A DNA stretch of 64,000 bases from Curvularia clavata (lineage: Eukaryota): NCBI GenBank assembly GCA_023920165.1, contig CP089281.1, positions 1,178,001 to 1,242,000 of the forward strand. The letters run 5' to 3'. A program made the translations under genes and the position numbers. Of the stretch, positions 1-16,327 are shown one piece after another; the first letter of the stretch is position 1; each line of letters begins with the position of its first letter. The notes under the pieces are model-generated. The model ran no database searches. It had not been told where the DNA came from and saw only the letters and a program-made list of their open reading frames with translations.

Positions 1-662
1 AGCCGATGTGTATGTACCATTGGGGCCGAGATACCACCGATGTACGAGCCAACAGAGCTCTATTATGAATCAAACGAGTTATAATCAATTGTTTGCCGTC
101 CAACCATCCGATAACCGGCATAAGCCAGGAAGTAGCCCGGAAAAGGATGTGGGGGTAGACGCGGATACTGCATATCTGCGGGCCCTGCAGTGCTTTACCC
201 CAATCGGGGGCGGCCTGTCACCGTCGTGGAGGATCCCGCGCGGCGCGCAAAGTCTCGACGGAAGTTTACGTGGGCCCTTTTGGGCTCCGCTCTCACGTCA
301 CTGCCATTACTTTACATAGCCTGAGGAGCCCATACGATAGGCTCAAGCATCGCGCGAAATTGCGCAATCGGTTCCAAGATCTGCCGACCCATACAATACA
401 TCCGCTTTGTAGCCTAGCCTCTGCAGTCGAGAAAATCCAGAAAAGGCCCCATGGTCAACAAACAGGCCAAGAGTAGCCGTAGAAATAAAAAGGTCCCATT
501 TGCGCCCTATGCTTTTGTGTCTCTGCTTCCTCAGTCGCGCATCTTTCTTTTGAGTGACCCGGACGTTCAGAAACCCTCTTGGTGTAGCCAGGAACAGGTG
601 CCATCATTGTCCCATAAACTTCTGCCTCTAGGATTTTTTTGCCCCTCACATCTTCTGTGAAA

Positions 663-2641
<1,979 letters not shown>

Positions 2642-3052
2642 GGGATTAAAAAAAGGGGGCTTGCTTTTGTCTTTTGTTAGTTTTGGATCTACATGAAGAG
2701 CGATGACGGCATCTATTTAACGGGTTTCTAACGACATTGTTTTATGGGCTTTGAAAAGATTATTTGGCATTCAAGATGCGGTAGTTTAGACGAAAGAGGC
2801 GGTTATACTAGACTTAAGAGGTTTAGATGAATGATCAGCGGAAAAGCTTGGTTTCACCACCAGCTAATGGTATATTGATCTGATTTCTGATTTCTTGTCC
2901 TTTGGACCTGTTGACGTTCTTCTTTTGTGTGAGGTCCAAGTGTATACAGACAGGAACACGCTGTTGTCCACAGTCACATGCCCGTACCCCCAATGAGCCA
3001 AACCTCCATCTCATAATGATGATTGTTATACAATAATATACACATGAACATA

Positions 3053-3969
3053 TCACATTGCACGCCCCATGTGCTCCTTCGCTTCCTTCTCCTTTTTTCT
3101 CGCCTCCCTCTCCGCCCTCCGCATTGCCCTGAGATCCGGTGGCTTCTCAATCCCCAACCTCGTCCTCAACGCATCCACATCCGTCTCCAGTTCCTCCTCC
3201 CAATAAACATTAATCACGTCGTCACTCAGCGCACCATTCCTGGTCGCCCACGGACCATAAATATCCCAGAACCGGCGCCACTCCGCTTTCTTAAGCGTAA
3301 ACGCACTAAACACTGCCAGCCCCGTCATCGGCAGTCCCGTATTGGCAAATTCGAACGCCTTGAGCGCGACTTCGCCCTCGCGGAAAACGGGGAGTCCAAC
3401 AAGGGCGTGATAAAAGTCGTGGCATTCCCGGTACCGCTGCATGACGTAGGCGCATTCTTCGTCGTCAATATATTGTACGGCTGCCCGTGTGTCGGGTGAG
3501 ACGCCCTCACGGTCCAACCAGGCAGCGTAGGCGTAGCCCAGCGTATTGGGTGGTAGCTGTCGCAGGCGCGGTATGTCGAGGGAGGTTGAGGTCAGGCGCG
3601 GTCGGTCGCGTAGGATACGGCGGCCTGTGGGGTTTAGAAGCATGCGGTCGCGCAATTTGTAGATGAAGTAGGGTTGAGCGGTGGCTTCGCCGAAGGATGC
3701 GATTAGGTCTAGGAATGTGAGACTTATTCTGCGCATGGATCTCCGGATTTTGGCTCACCTCCTCTTCGAGGGTCAAGGAAACTGCCGATTCCTGAGCCCA
3801 GTGCGAGACCTAGCCTCTCTATGCGCGTCAATGGGATGTGGCCCTTGTAGTTGGGCGAAGGGCGGTTGAGGACTGAGAAGCATCGCAGCGATTGTCCATG
3901 TGATGATATTAGAGGAATTGATTGTGATGTCAGCTGCTGGAGCTTTCGTATTTGGACATGTCGAGCCAT
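3053..3969 (-). CDS. COQ4: Ubiquinone biosynthesis protein Coq4, mitochondrial; 2 exons
   Basis: Basic presequence-like N-terminus; [16 protein letters not shown] and [12 protein letters not shown] (HDxxH-x11-E motif); one ~50-nt intron GTGAGC..CTAG. Confidence 0.93.
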
Positions 3970-4331
3970 TGAGACGTCTCCGGTTTAGGGAAGCTGGCTA
4001 TCCTCGAGTCGAGCTTCAGATGCATGACATGATGTGATGTATGGTCTTATCGATAACGTGCGCCACCGGCACCAGCCACACCGAGCACGTTATTTGTACG
4101 ACTCATCCGTAAACAGTGCTGAAAACATTTTTCTAAGAAATCCCCTATTTTACTCGGGTTTATCTGGAAGAGGCTTGCAGAAACCAATACAGTACTGGTC
4201 TCAGCGATTCCGTTCTGTTCTTGCTCGCAGCAACTTCTGGACGAGGTTCCCTTCGAATCAGAAAAAAGAAAGCACTTCAGTGGCCAAATAGACTGGCAAG
4301 ATTGCTGAGCATCTTGCTCAAGTGTATAAAA

Positions 4332-5662
4332 ATGGCACCAAAAGAGACGGAGAAAGCAGCTTCCAACACTACCATGGCAGCAGCCCTCGATCCCGGCTCC
4401 AATCACACCAAGTTCGTCTCGTGGGCGCAGTCAAATGGCGTCGAAATCAATAAAGTCGCTCCGGCCCGTTTTGAGGGTCGAGGAATGGGCATCGTCGCCG
4501 CTGAAGACATCAAAGTCAGTCCGCTCCTTTACCACCCCCTCAACCCAAAGATAAACGATGCTAAATCATGAAGAAAGGAGACAAGCTAGTACACGTATCC
4601 AACAAATCCTTGGTGCATGTCGCACTTCCCAGCATCCAAAGCCTGAAACTACCCTCCAGCATAACTGTCCATGGTAAACTTGCCTTCGCCCTCGCCCTCT
4701 GGTACACCGGCCGTAAGGATCACGACTACACTCTCTGGCAAAATGTCTGGCCCACGCACTCGGACTTCAAAGCCACCATGCCGCTCTACTACCCAGCCCA
4801 GCTCCAGGCTCTCCTTCCTCCAGCCGCCAAAACCCTCCTAACCAAGCAGACTGAAAAACTCGAGCGCGACTGGACCAGCCTCGCGCCACATAACCCGGAT
4901 CTCATCGACAAGGACAGCTTTACCTACACCTGGCTTATCGTCAATACGCGAACCTTCTACTGGTCGTACCCTGATCTCCTCAACTCGCACCCTTCTCTCC
5001 CCAAACGCCGCAACAAACTCACAGCAGACGACTGCTACTGCATGTGCCCGTTTACCGATTACTTCAACCACTCGGATTCCGGCTGCAGCCCACAGCACTC
5101 TGCCACAGGATACACCGTAACTGCCGATCGATCCTACTCGGCGGGCGAAGAAGTCTTTGTAACGTACGGCGCGCACACCAACGATTTTTTACTCACTGAA
5201 TACGGCTTCATTCTCCCTCGCGGAAACAAGCATGATGCTCTTCCTCTGGACCACTTGCTGCTGCCCCTACTGAACAAGGAGCAGGTTGCAGCCCTGAAAG
5301 AAGACGGGTTCTATGCGGATTACACGCTATTTGGTGGGGATAGGGAGGACAGAGTGTGTTATCGTACGCAAGCGGTGCTGAGACTGCTTGTGCTGGATGC
5401 GAAGAGGTATGCGGCTTTTGTGAGTGGGGATGACGATGGGGCGAAAGATCAGCCGCGCTTGAATGCGTATCTGGCAGGTGTGCTGACAAAGTACTCGCGG
5501 AAGATTGTCGATGTTATTGAGGAGGTTGAGGGGCTCAAGCTGGAAAGTGATAAGAAGAAGGTGGAGCAAGAGGTAATGGAGGGTCAGAGAGAGACGCTCG
5601 TCATGCGGTGGAAGCAGGTACGAGAGATTGTAAACAGTGCTATCCGGTTCCTTGAATCTTGA
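4332..5662 (+). CDS. SET-domain lysine methyltransferase (Rkm/SETD3-like); 2 exons
   Basis: GRGMGIVA (SET-N), PFTDYFNHS and [21 protein letters not shown] (SET-C); intron GTCAGT..AAG at ~4515-4573. Confidence 0.85.
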
Positions 5663-5847
5663 GCCGTTGTTCTAGAGTAGTATTTTGCACGGACAAACGA
5701 GACAAAATGGAGCCCAAAGTAACACGCCTGAGAGAATAATCTGTTTCATAATCATCTGTTATGCAACCCAAAAAAAGTCTACGAGATAGCCCCAATTGAC
5801 CTTTTACGCTTTCAATACACGAAACTGGACACGCATCGAGCTATAAC

Positions 5848-8771
5848 TTACGATACGCTACCTACAATCAGAGCCGCAACACCCTCCTCCTCACTTCTGA
5901 CATCAATCTTCATTGTTACACCAGTCTTTGCACTAAACGCCATTCGCACCATAGCAGCGACCTTGCCACCGGTGATGGTCTTGCCGTAGAGCTTGAGTGT
6001 GTGTGTTGATGTCGACAGAGCAACATCGGTGCCCTCCAGAGGTTGGAGAGACAGGGTCTTTGTAAGTTGCTCAGTCGCGTCTGTCGTCCGTTAGTAAAAA
6101 GCTTTGAGAAACTTGGAAATAACATACCTGCTATGCTCTTCATGTTGCTCAGCTGCAAAGTCTCAGTCGCTGAGTCGCTGTTCGCCTGCTCCCAGACATT
6201 GTCAAAGCTGCCTGCATACGCCGGTACAACGTAGTCGGCACCAGTGAGGTAAAGATCCTCGACCGAGTATTCATCTGGGTAGCCATCGCCCTCCTCTGGC
6301 TCGTTGGTGCTAGGGTCAATCTCCTTGCTTGTAAACTTGAGTACGTTGGTGAAGCTTGCGGCGATAAATTGAGACTCAGTCTCAAGGCGCTTGAAGGACA
6401 CGTAGACGGTGCCTGGCTCATTTGTGGCGAGCTTTGGTGCTGGGATCACAAATTCCTCCTCTAGTTGAACATCGCCATCGTCTTCTGGAGTGACAACCAT
6501 CTCGACGTCCAAAAGGACTGTGTCTTCGAGAGTGTTCTTGATATCATACTGGATGACAACGTGGTCCTTGAAAATATGCTTGACAGCAGTAACGACGTAC
6601 TCGGTCTCTGATTCGGTAAGCTCGACGACATCGCTTGACTTGAGCACACCTCCATGGGCTGCCAGCTCGGGAATCTTTTGCAGCTCCGCAGCATACTTTT
6701 GCGCGTTCGAGGCTGCATTTGCAGCGGCGTCTGCTCCTGCCTTGGAAGGCTGCTTCGCAGCACTGGGCGCCTTGAGTGTTGGAGTAGCGCCTTCGGTCTT
6801 CTTGGTAAGATCCTCCGCATCGGCCTGCTCACGTGATACAGTAGGGATCTTGGTGATATCAAAGGCAGTCTCGAAGGTATCACGGGAATCTGAGCTGACG
6901 TACATGGCCAGCTGGTGCTCAAGAACCGGTAGTGAGAACATGGAGTCGTTGCGGATGAAGCTGATGGCCATGTCGTCGTCCTCTTGGTCCATCAATCGAA
7001 GGTTCAATGCAGCACGGTCTCGGACCTCGTCGTCGACATCGTCAAGGCAGCGGGTAAGAAGGACGTGGACCGACTTCTTGATCTCAGGATCCTTCTGGCC
7101 AACACCAAACTTGGCAAGGGCAGAAGTGGCAGCGGCTCTGACAATCGCATTCTCCAAAACAACACGGTTGTAAATGTAGCGGATGTACTTGGTTGGGTGG
7201 GGCGTTGAGGGACCTTCGCGTCCGAGGACGAACAGAATCCTGACAGCGAGCTTGGTGAACTCGCAGTCTTCGATAAACTCGCAAAGCGTTGCAAGCGCGT
7301 CCTCCTTGGCCTCTGGAACGAATCGGATAAGGTCCATGATTGCCTCGACAACAGCCCTCTTGAACTCATAGCCACCTTCGTCGCGCAGAATGCCACTGAG
7401 GAAAGCAAGGAATCCAGATTGCTTGGACTTGAACTTGAGGGCTAGAGTGCGGACCGCCTCCACAATGGTCACCTTGAACTCGTCTGTGATCTCAGCCATA
7501 AAGCCAGTGATTTGCTTCATCAACCTGTCCACCGATGATTCGTTGCCCGTCTTGAGGAGCGTTGTGATGGCAAAAGTTGCGATACTGCGGTTCGAGTTGG
7601 TGATGAGCGATTCGATATCCTGGTTGCACGATCGCACAGCGTCGGGCTTGAAGGAAGCCATCTGGGACAAGATGCGAAGAGCAGCGAACTTGGTAACGGC
7701 GCGGGGAGAGGTGAGGAAGAGTTGGAGAACATGGACGGCCTGTACAAGCTCGGCGTCGGTAACATCGCGCATGTCGCAAATAGCCTTTGCGGCTTCGAAG
7801 TTGACCATCTCGGACTTGTGACGCAGCCAGCCGTCGAGCAGTTGTGTCATGGGCTAGTAATACGGTCAGCAGGGTCATGGTATTGCATGCAAAGCATCGC
7901 ACCTTTCGGAGATTTGGGTCCTCATCAGCCAACTTAGCCGCCAACCTGACGAGCAGGACAGTAGCAGCAGGACTCTTGACAACGCCAGCAGCCGAGTACT
8001 GTTGTACCATCTTGACCAAGCTCATCCTGTCACCAGAGCGCATCTGGTACAGCAGGCCAATGGCGTGGTACTGTGTCATGTAGTTTGTGCTGGCCTGGAG
8101 GGCGGTATGCGAGCTTCCTCCAAATCCACCCAAGAATCCACCACCCGACTTGCTTCCAGAGGCAGCTTCTGCAGCCTCGGACTGCCATCTTCGGACGACA
8201 TCCCTTGCGACGGGAAGGAGGTGATATGAGGAGACGAGGGCGGCTGAGGCCACCGAGGGGTTCTTGTCGACAATGCACGTCTTGACCAGACGCTCAATGG
8301 CTTGGACTGTCGAAGCATCGATGACACGGCAGAGAGCACGAATGGCATTGGGACGGTATACCACATCGCTACCGACCGATGTGTCCTTCATAATCGAGGA
8401 TGTGACCATGATAACATCGTCGGCAGAGCTGGCGAGCTCCTTGATGACCAGGTAGACCATCTGGCGGAGCGAGGCATCTTTGTTCTGAAACAGTTTGGAG
8501 ATGCCAAAGAAGAGGGTCGTGGCTTCTTGCCGGCCCCAGCTCTCGCCGGTGAAGAGGAGGAGTGCCAGCTTGGTGAGGATCACTCTGCATTTCCTGGGCG
8601 AGATGGGGCTCTGGTTGAATACTCGTGCTGGAGTGCAACGTCAGCTTGTACTGCGCAACGCTTTCCCCCCGCTGCCGCTGCAATGCGAGTGCAGAACGCC
8701 CTACCTTCCTGGAAGACGGAAGTCTTGTCGATTTGCGCCACGCCGCCCGCATCCTCGTGCTTCTTATCCAT
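5848..8771 (-). CDS. SEC21: Coatomer subunit gamma (gamma-COP); 4 exons
   Basis: IDKTSVFQEARVF after splicing, LFQNKDASLRQMVYL, CEFIEDCEFTKL, ELTESETEYVV appendage; ends ..GVAALIVGSVS*. Start codon assumed at 8771. Confidence 0.95.
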
Positions 8772-9185
8772 TGTGGTTGTTTACAGCACCGGGTGCTAGC
8801 TCTCCTGGGCGTCGATGTAGTATGAACCTGTCCCACTCTTCCTCCGCCTTAACGTGGCCTTTGCGACGGGGGTGGTAATAAACGTGACCGAGCGCCGCCC
8901 AGCAATTGAAATGCGCGGATTGAGGGGGCTTGCAGGCGGGAGGCGGGATCTGGCGATTATGTCTTCGAGGCGTCTCGAATTGGCGACGTTGTGTAAAGAT
9001 GGGCTTGGGCGGGCGGAAGTGCAGCTGCAGGGATGTGGCCGTGTGGGCTGCTGCTGTTGCATGCCTCGAGTGGCTTGGCGCCCGGAATCCGCAACTGCAT
9101 GCGGTGCGGGTATTCAAGGCTCTGACTTATCTCAACTTTTTGCTCATCCCTCTCCCTGCTCTTCTACAACACACAGCACGACACA

Positions 9186-10507
9186 ATGGCGGCCTCGATA
9201 TCCCGATCACGCTGTCTCCTCGCCTCTTCCTCCACGTCCGCACTCAAGTCAGTCCCGCACTCGAGAACTCCGCTGAGATCCTTCGCCACAACCTCCGATG
9301 CGCCACAGCCACCAGCCTCAGAAGCACCCACAAAGCGCTCACGGCCAGCGACCTCTTTTAGCGATACCCTGAATGCCGGTCCTTCGTTTGGCGACTTTGT
9401 GAGCCCCAATGCGCCCCTCTCCCCCGCCGAGGCATACGAAATCAAGACGGTCCAAGTAGGCCCAGAGGGGCGCAAAAAGACCATCACACGACTGCCCGAG
9501 TGGCTGAAAACTCCAATCCCCTCGAACGCGAACCAGAACTACAGGCAAATTAAAAAAGATCTACGAGGCCTGAACCTAGCCACCGTATGCGAGGAGGCAA
9601 GATGTCCCAACATCTCCGACTGCTGGGGCGGCAGCTCAAAGAGTGCGGCGACAGCGACCATCATGCTCATGGGCGACACATGCACGCGCGGATGCCGCTT
9701 CTGCGCCGTAAAGACGTCCAAGGCGCCCCCACCACTCGACCCCCATGAGCCTGAGAACACTGCCGAAGCACTGCGGAGGTGGGGCCTGGGATACGTAGTC
9801 ATCACCGTCGTGGACCGTGATGATCTCGTAGACTCGGGTGCGCACCACATTGCCGAGACTATTATGAAGATCAAGCAAAAGAACCCCACGCAGCTCGTTG
9901 AACTGCTAGGCGGAGACTACGGCGGCAACCTGGAAATGGCAAAGGTGGTGGCACGAAGCGGTGTGGATGTGTTTGCGCACAACATTGAAACCACCGAGCG
10001 CCTTACACCTTTTGTGCGAGATCGCAGGGCAAAGTTCAGGCAGAGTCTGGATGTACTGAGATCCGCCAAGGAGGCTCAACCCGAGCTCATCACAAAGACA
10101 AGCATGATGCTGGGTCTCGGCGAAACCGACGAGGACGTCTGGCACGCACTGCGCGGTAAGCAACTGAATCCTCACACCACCCAAAGATAGAAAGCAAGCT
10201 AATGTATTCCCGCTCAGAACTCCGCGCAAACGGTGTTGACGTCGTAACTTTCGGCCAATACATGCGTCCCACCAAGCGCCACATGGCCGTCCACGAATAC
10301 GTCACCCCTGATAAATTCGAACTCTGGCGCCAACGCGCCCTCGACATGGGTTTCCTCTACTGCGCTTCCGGCCCCTTGGTGCGCTCCAGCTACAAGGCGG
10401 GTGAGGCTTTTATCGAAAATGTACTTAAGAAGCGCAGGCTGGGCGCTAAGCCTGAGACCGGGGTTGCGGATCTAAGCGCTGCTGAGGAGGCGAAGAAGAT
10501 GTTGTAA
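9186..10507 (+). CDS. LIP5: Lipoyl synthase, mitochondrial (radical SAM); 2 exons
   Basis: [13 protein letters not shown] and CTRGCRFC cluster motifs, C-terminal [10 protein letters not shown]; intron ~10156-10217. Confidence 0.96.
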
Positions 10508-11194
10508 ATTCCTGGAAAACATATGTTAATTATGGATTCTATTTTTTTTTTCTTGGATGTAGATTTGGATATCTTGCTGGGTTGGGATGTCCAGCATGAT
10601 CACAGTCGGGATCGCTTCAACTCGATGCTGCGAAAATCTTATGATTTTATGTTTTCTTTTTTTCTCATGTACAACATCACTTTACAACCTCACCTTTTCT
10701 CCAAAAGCGAAAACCTCCGTGCCTGCCGAAGGACATACTACAACAGCGTTTGCATAGACACAAATGAGCAAAGATTCATGTATTCATATATAAAAGCGCT
10801 GTCCATTCGTATCCACAAATGTTCAGCATATATACAACTTAACGCACCAGTCTAAAACCCCCTTCTTCCCATCTAGCCAAGCCTTCTTGTGCAAGAAATC
10901 AAAAAGAGTAATCTGAACAACGAGCCGTATATACTGTGCTACATAGCCAAAAAAGCGAAGGGTATATGCACCAAGGCATGGAAAAGATCTGCGAAGCGAA
11001 AGTAAATCCACACATCCCCTTAGAGGAAAAGACGTTCATCAAGAACGAGTGGAGAGTAGTAAAGGGTTTGGCGATCCAATTCAATTGGAACACTTTGTCC
11101 AGCCCAAGAGGTGATCCTGCACACCAATAAAGGCTTTAGCAACCTTTGCGCCTGCGCTGAGAACGAGACGATGGCTAAGCGCATGACTAGATGT

Positions 11195-12665
11195 CTAGTT
11201 GTTTGGGAACTGCGCGCGCAGGTTATCGTACTTGCTCAGAGGGTAGTTGAGCAAGTTGGGTGATTGTTCGAGCGCACCTACGCCGCCGATATTCTTGACG
11301 TACTTGTATCCAAGTCAGTATCCATGTGTTGTATATTCACAAGTGTCAAAGGATGCGAAGAGAAAAACTTACGGTAGACACCAAACTATCATCTCCTGTC
11401 TTGTCACTCGAACTCTCCCACCACATGCCTCCACCAAGTCCGTTGTCACGGATAAGCTTGGTCTTCTGGGCAATAACCTCAGGTGTGTCGTAGCTAATCA
11501 TGAGTCGGCTAGTCGGATCATAACTCCAGCTAGCGGTGATCTGCATATCCGTGTTGACCTGTGCGCCAGCCTGTGGCAGGGCCTTGTAGTCATAGACACC
11601 GACTTCCCAGGTGCCTTGGCCAACTCCTGAGTAGGGCTTACCAGGGCCGTCGGTGTTAGCAAAGGAGCGACCGTAAAGTGGCATTCCCAGGACAATCTTA
11701 GAAGCGGGAACACCAGCAGCAATGTAATCATTGATAGCCTTGATGCTGCTGAAAGGAGTGCTAGCTGGGTTGGTAGTGGATGGTGCCCAGTTGGCTAGCT
11801 GTCCTGAGGTGGCGTCCCACGATCCTGCGTAGTCATAGGCCATCTGATGCTCGTCTTAGCTTTACTCTCTCGTGTGAATCAACCAATACATACCAGATTC
11901 CAGAAGTCAAGGTACTGGTCCATTGCCTTAAGGTTCATTACATTGTAGTGAGTTGGGCCTGCAGGAGATGCAACAGTCAAAAGAAGATGCTGACCGTTGG
12001 CATTTGCATTCGAGTACTCAGTCAGTGCTCGGCGGGTCTCCTGGAGAAGGAGAACCATGTCATTTGCCTGAGATGCATCTGCTGGGTATTCCCAGTCAAT
12101 GTCGAGGCCATCAAAGCCAATGTTGGCCAAGATATTCACAGCGCTGCTGGCAAACAGTGCCCTGCCTGCCGCAGTCGAAGCAGGTGTCACAAAGTGAGAA
12201 GAGTAGGTCCATCCTCCGATCGACAAGAGCACCTTCAAGTTACGGTTTTTCTTCTTCTGGAGAAACAACTGCTTGACGCATCCATAGACGTTGGTTCCGA
12301 CATCGTTCCACGAGTCACTTGCGTAGTGCTTGTCCGTGTCGGACCAGCTGTCTGTCAGAAAGACCTCGCCAGTGTCCCGGACATCGGCAAATGCATAGAG
12401 CACATGTGTCAACTCATCAGCTGGAAGGTCTTGAGGGTTGTAGTTGCGACCATAAATTGCCTGCGGGGGTTGTCAGCACCCATGTACATCTGTCGTAGAT
12501 GTGCCAAGGGCAACATACCCAATTGACAAAGTAAGCGACATTCTTGTAGCCAGATGCTACTGCAGTCATGTTGGTATTGGTAGCCTGTGGAATTGGGCTG
12601 GCCTCCGTAATTCCAGAGTGATGAAGTAAGGATGTTAATCCTAGAATCAAGTTGGAGAGACGCAT
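11195..12665 (-). CDS. Secreted GH18 chitinase; 4 exons
   Basis: Signal-peptide-like N-terminus; [18 protein letters not shown], intact catalytic [28 protein letters not shown]; spliced end ..[11 protein letters not shown]. Confidence 0.93.
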
Positions 12666-14985
12666 GGTATGATGTCGCTAGTGGCGCGCTATGTCGTGCT
12701 ACGTGGCTGTGGCTGTGGCGGAGGCTAGTGCAGGTACGGAAGTGGCTTCGCTTCAATACCGTTGTCGAGATAAAAGTGGAGGCTTGAGTAATCTCGTCGA
12801 CACTGGGTAAAACAAAGGGCTTGACCTTCAAGAACTTATACTTGGAGAGAGACAGGAACTGATGTGCAGCTAGGCACTGGCGCTATGGGATAGCGAGTGT
12901 GCTAAGGAATGAAGAAGGTCAGTAGACCTGTGAAAGAACAAGAGATTGCTAAGTGGATACCACACAAACTCTCCAAAAGGAAAGTTACAATGAGAAGAAA
13001 GAAAGATATGGTGCAAAAACGGTGGAGTTGAGAGTTGATGGGTTACATATTCTCGTCCACGCGCCGACAGGACTGCATAGTGAAGACTGTGAAGCTAGCG
13101 CTCGCGCTTGCGCTTGCGCGTGCGTATTCTACAGAAAGCATTAGTCCTAATCCTGGAAAGATGCCCGAGAAACGGTCAAAGTTACGGAGAACTGCCGAAC
13201 AGGTACGAACGCACATGTTCTGGGGACGGGTACAAGCATTCGGTCAGGCCAAGCAAAAGATTAGGCGCCCGGCCATCCTACGCTTATAATAACTTGTAGA
13301 CACGAAACAGCCGCCAGGAATCCTATATTCTCCTTGAATAGAAGATTGCATAACTTTTCCATGTCGTCATGAAGGCCTCTGGTTTCCCGACTTTGGTGGT
13401 CTTTTTCCCAACTGCACTAAGAGTGTCGGTATGGAACGTTGAACGGCGCTTCGCTAGAAGAGGATACTGAAGGATCCCCAGTCTTAGAAGGATCAAAAGG
13501 GTGAGAAGTTCGTGGGTGTGGCGTTCTGCGTGAGTGTGTAATGTGAGACCTCTTACACTTCTCGTAGACTAATTGCAATAGTAGTTTGTAACGTCGGCAT
13601 ACGACACAGTACCGGTTCAACCGCGGCACGCAACACGCCGCTACTCGCCCTCTCTGCAGCGGCAGCCTCACGCTTTCGATTGGCGGTGTGGGTGAGACCT
13701 TGTAGTGGGCACCGTCAAGTATGGCGCCTTTGGAAAGTCATGTGAACTGATAACACGTACTGATGCTCTTGACTTGGCTTGCTCCATAAGGTCTGGTGCC
13801 AGCGGAACCAGGATAGGATGATGGGAGTTCGCGCCACACGCACAATATCTGACTCGTAGACAGACAGGGGATTTCTGACCAGGGCCCAAGAAGATGCAGA
13901 TGAATCCCCACATGAGCGCATCTCCCGCGCGCGTGGGTATGTCAAGCCGGCGGACCATCTGATCGCACGCGTTGGGCGCTGATACTGCGCAGAGACGCTT
14001 GCGCTTGATGGGAATAGCACGGAAACTGCTCATAATCACGCCAGCGTATCGCGGACAGGAGCGAGTGTTCGACGGCTAGGGCGGACGTTAGCCACATTTA
14101 GCCGCAACGCAGGGCGAAGGATCAGAGACGGGAGGATCAATTTCATAACTCTGCATATACCGGGCTCTAGCGCATCCAGAGCGCTATCTCTGTGAAAAGA
14201 GGCACGCGATTCCTCTTTTCAAGACGTCGTAGCGTAAGAAATGCTACGCTCCATGGCACGCGCTGAGTAAATCTTGGCCTTTGGCGACTTTGCTGGGTGC
14301 TGTGGGGCGGGCGGGGACTTTGGCGGGGTATGTCTACAGTACGGGTGAGGGAAGTTTGCAAAGAAATGGGCGAGCAAAACGAACAGAATGACTGGTGTCA
14401 CACAGGGCCCGTGCACGCTCGGCTTTCTTTCTACCGCCTTGCTTCTTTGCTACGGTAGACAATCTCTTGTGTCACATTACGGTGTGTTCCTGGCCCTGAG
14501 TTGCTACCATCTCTTCTGTCGTGATAGTAACCATGTGATCTATTGGCTGAGGGGGCATGCTCTTCCTGTGATTCATCTCCTTATCTCACATCGCAAAATC
14601 CATATTGCTTGGTCTCCAGAGCGAGTATTGGTGCATTCGATTTTTTTTGCATCTCCCACCTGCTGTCGCCTTACACATGATCAGCTACGTTGCATCGTTT
14701 GGTGGTTTCCATCCTCTCTGTTATCTATGCCCTCATATTCCCTTCATCCACATGCACTGGCTGGCCTCAGTGACCTTCATTGTGGTGGATGTTACTGAAA
14801 GCGGACGTTGCGATAGGAACCCAGCGACTGATAAGAGAGTCGTCCTGTTGAAGGGTGTGATCCGAATGTCAGTGGCAGTTGTCACGAGGACACCCAACCT
14901 CTTACACCTGACTCCGGGGTAACCCTATTTCTGTGGGGTTTCGTCTACCCGCCATTGCGTAATTGCTGTAGTGGCTTTGCTCCTT

Positions 14986-15891
14986 CTAGGCCAGTCTTCG
15001 TATCAGACCGCCAATCGGTCCTGTGGCTTTCTTTGCCAACACTGCGTCGCGAGCACCGTCTCTTGTCCTGCACACTGCCTTTTCAATTCGGCCATCCTTG
15101 GTGACGGTCATAGCTGCCGTTCGTGAGTCTGACCAAGTGATGTTGATATGTCTGACTGCGGCATCTACATCGATATCCACGATACGTGGGCTTCCATCTT
15201 CGTCTTCAGATCCCTCAATATCTGAGCTAGCGTCGTCGTCGCTTACGAAAGCGTTCAAGACCTTGGTGGTTGATGTATCCACCAAGTCTTCACCGCTGTG
15301 TCTTTGCTTCGGGAGTCCAGCCTCCTTTTTCAACTTGTCGACAGCGTCAACCCGCATGCACCAGCTCACGAGCTCTTTTCGCAGTAGGCGTCCAAAGCGC
15401 ACCAAGTCTTGCTCTGGATCGTGCTCTTCATCTTTGCCGCTTCCCGGGAGCCATTTGGCAGCCAACTGTTGAAGCGGTATACATGGAGGGATGGTGTGTT
15501 TGTGAATGCTCAGGAGCTTCCTACCATCTTTATCTCTGACGCTCAGTAGAACATGGTATGTCTCGATGAATTTCTCGGCTACAGATACATCAATGCTGAC
15601 GCCGAGGATGTTACCGTCGTTTACTGCATGCGGATCCGGGTCTTTGACTTTAAAGGCAGTTACGCCGGCGCATGCACGATACACATTCTCGAGGTTCCGC
15701 TTTGATTGCTGGGTGATGACATGTTGGACAGTGTCAGGGGATCGGTTGCGTTTGTCTGAGTTTTGAAGACGCGCTGCGAGGTGGGGTTGCGACAAGAGGA
15801 CTGATGACAGATTTGCACGCTGAGCCTTGAGTGTGGATATGCGGGCGTGCAGCTCACTGATATCCTCGTCAAGCTGTTCAACAGTCTCCAT
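14986..15891 (-). CDS. CENP-O/Mcm21-like kinetochore protein (putative)
   Basis: N-terminal coiled coil, then ENVYRACAGVTAFKVKDPDP..ILGVSID and IHKHTIPPCIPL..LAAKWLP, which resemble fungal CENP-O proteins (recognition from memory). Confidence 0.75.
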   Translation of the reverse strand: METVEQLDEDISELHARISTLKAQRANLSSVLLSQPHLAARLQNSDKRNRSPDTVQHVITQQSKRNLENVYRACAGVTAFKVKDPDPHAVNDGNILGVSIDVSVAEKFIETYHVLLSVRDKDGRKLLSIHKHTIPPCIPLQQLAAKWLPGSGKDEEHDPEQDLVRFGRLLRKELVSWCMRVDAVDKLKKEAGLPKQRHSGEDLVDTSTTKVLNAFVSDDDASSDIEGSEDEDGSPRIVDIDVDAAVRHINITWSDSRTAAMTVTKDGRIEKAVCRTRDGARDAVLAKKATGPIGGLIRRLA

Positions 15892-16327
15892 GTTCGACTC
15901 GGGTAATGTTGCGTACAAGCAATGCGACGACACTGGCAACGCGTATCTCAACGTTTGGCGCGTTGGCACGTGAATAAGCGTCAGCAGGGGTCGAGTGGCT
16001 CGCAGACACCCCGGCTCGCCTAGTGCTCCGCTGTTCCTAACCTTCTATTGAGGACACGGTTGAACCGTCATACGCACCCTGGATCCGTGGCGATCATTGT
16101 CGCACATATTGGTTCTCCTGTTTAGAACACCCTCACTTTTTTTTCTCTTCGCTAGTCGCTCCCTACACAAGAACCCTTCTTGACTACTGCATCTTCTTCT
16201 GGCCCCTGGCCCCTAGTCCCTGATCCCTGACATCAGCCACCCACAGACAAGTTGTATCACCAACGCCTTCTGCGAGATTACCACTATTACCCCTCGTCGA
16301 TCGTCACCCGGTTATCAGCGCATACAA

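Noticed and set aside
12666..14985. 2.3-kb gene-free stretch with short ORFs and a (GCGCTT)-like run near 13097-13123
   Set aside because: No coding-like ORF, terminal repeats or RNA-gene signature recognised; most simply the chitinase upstream region.
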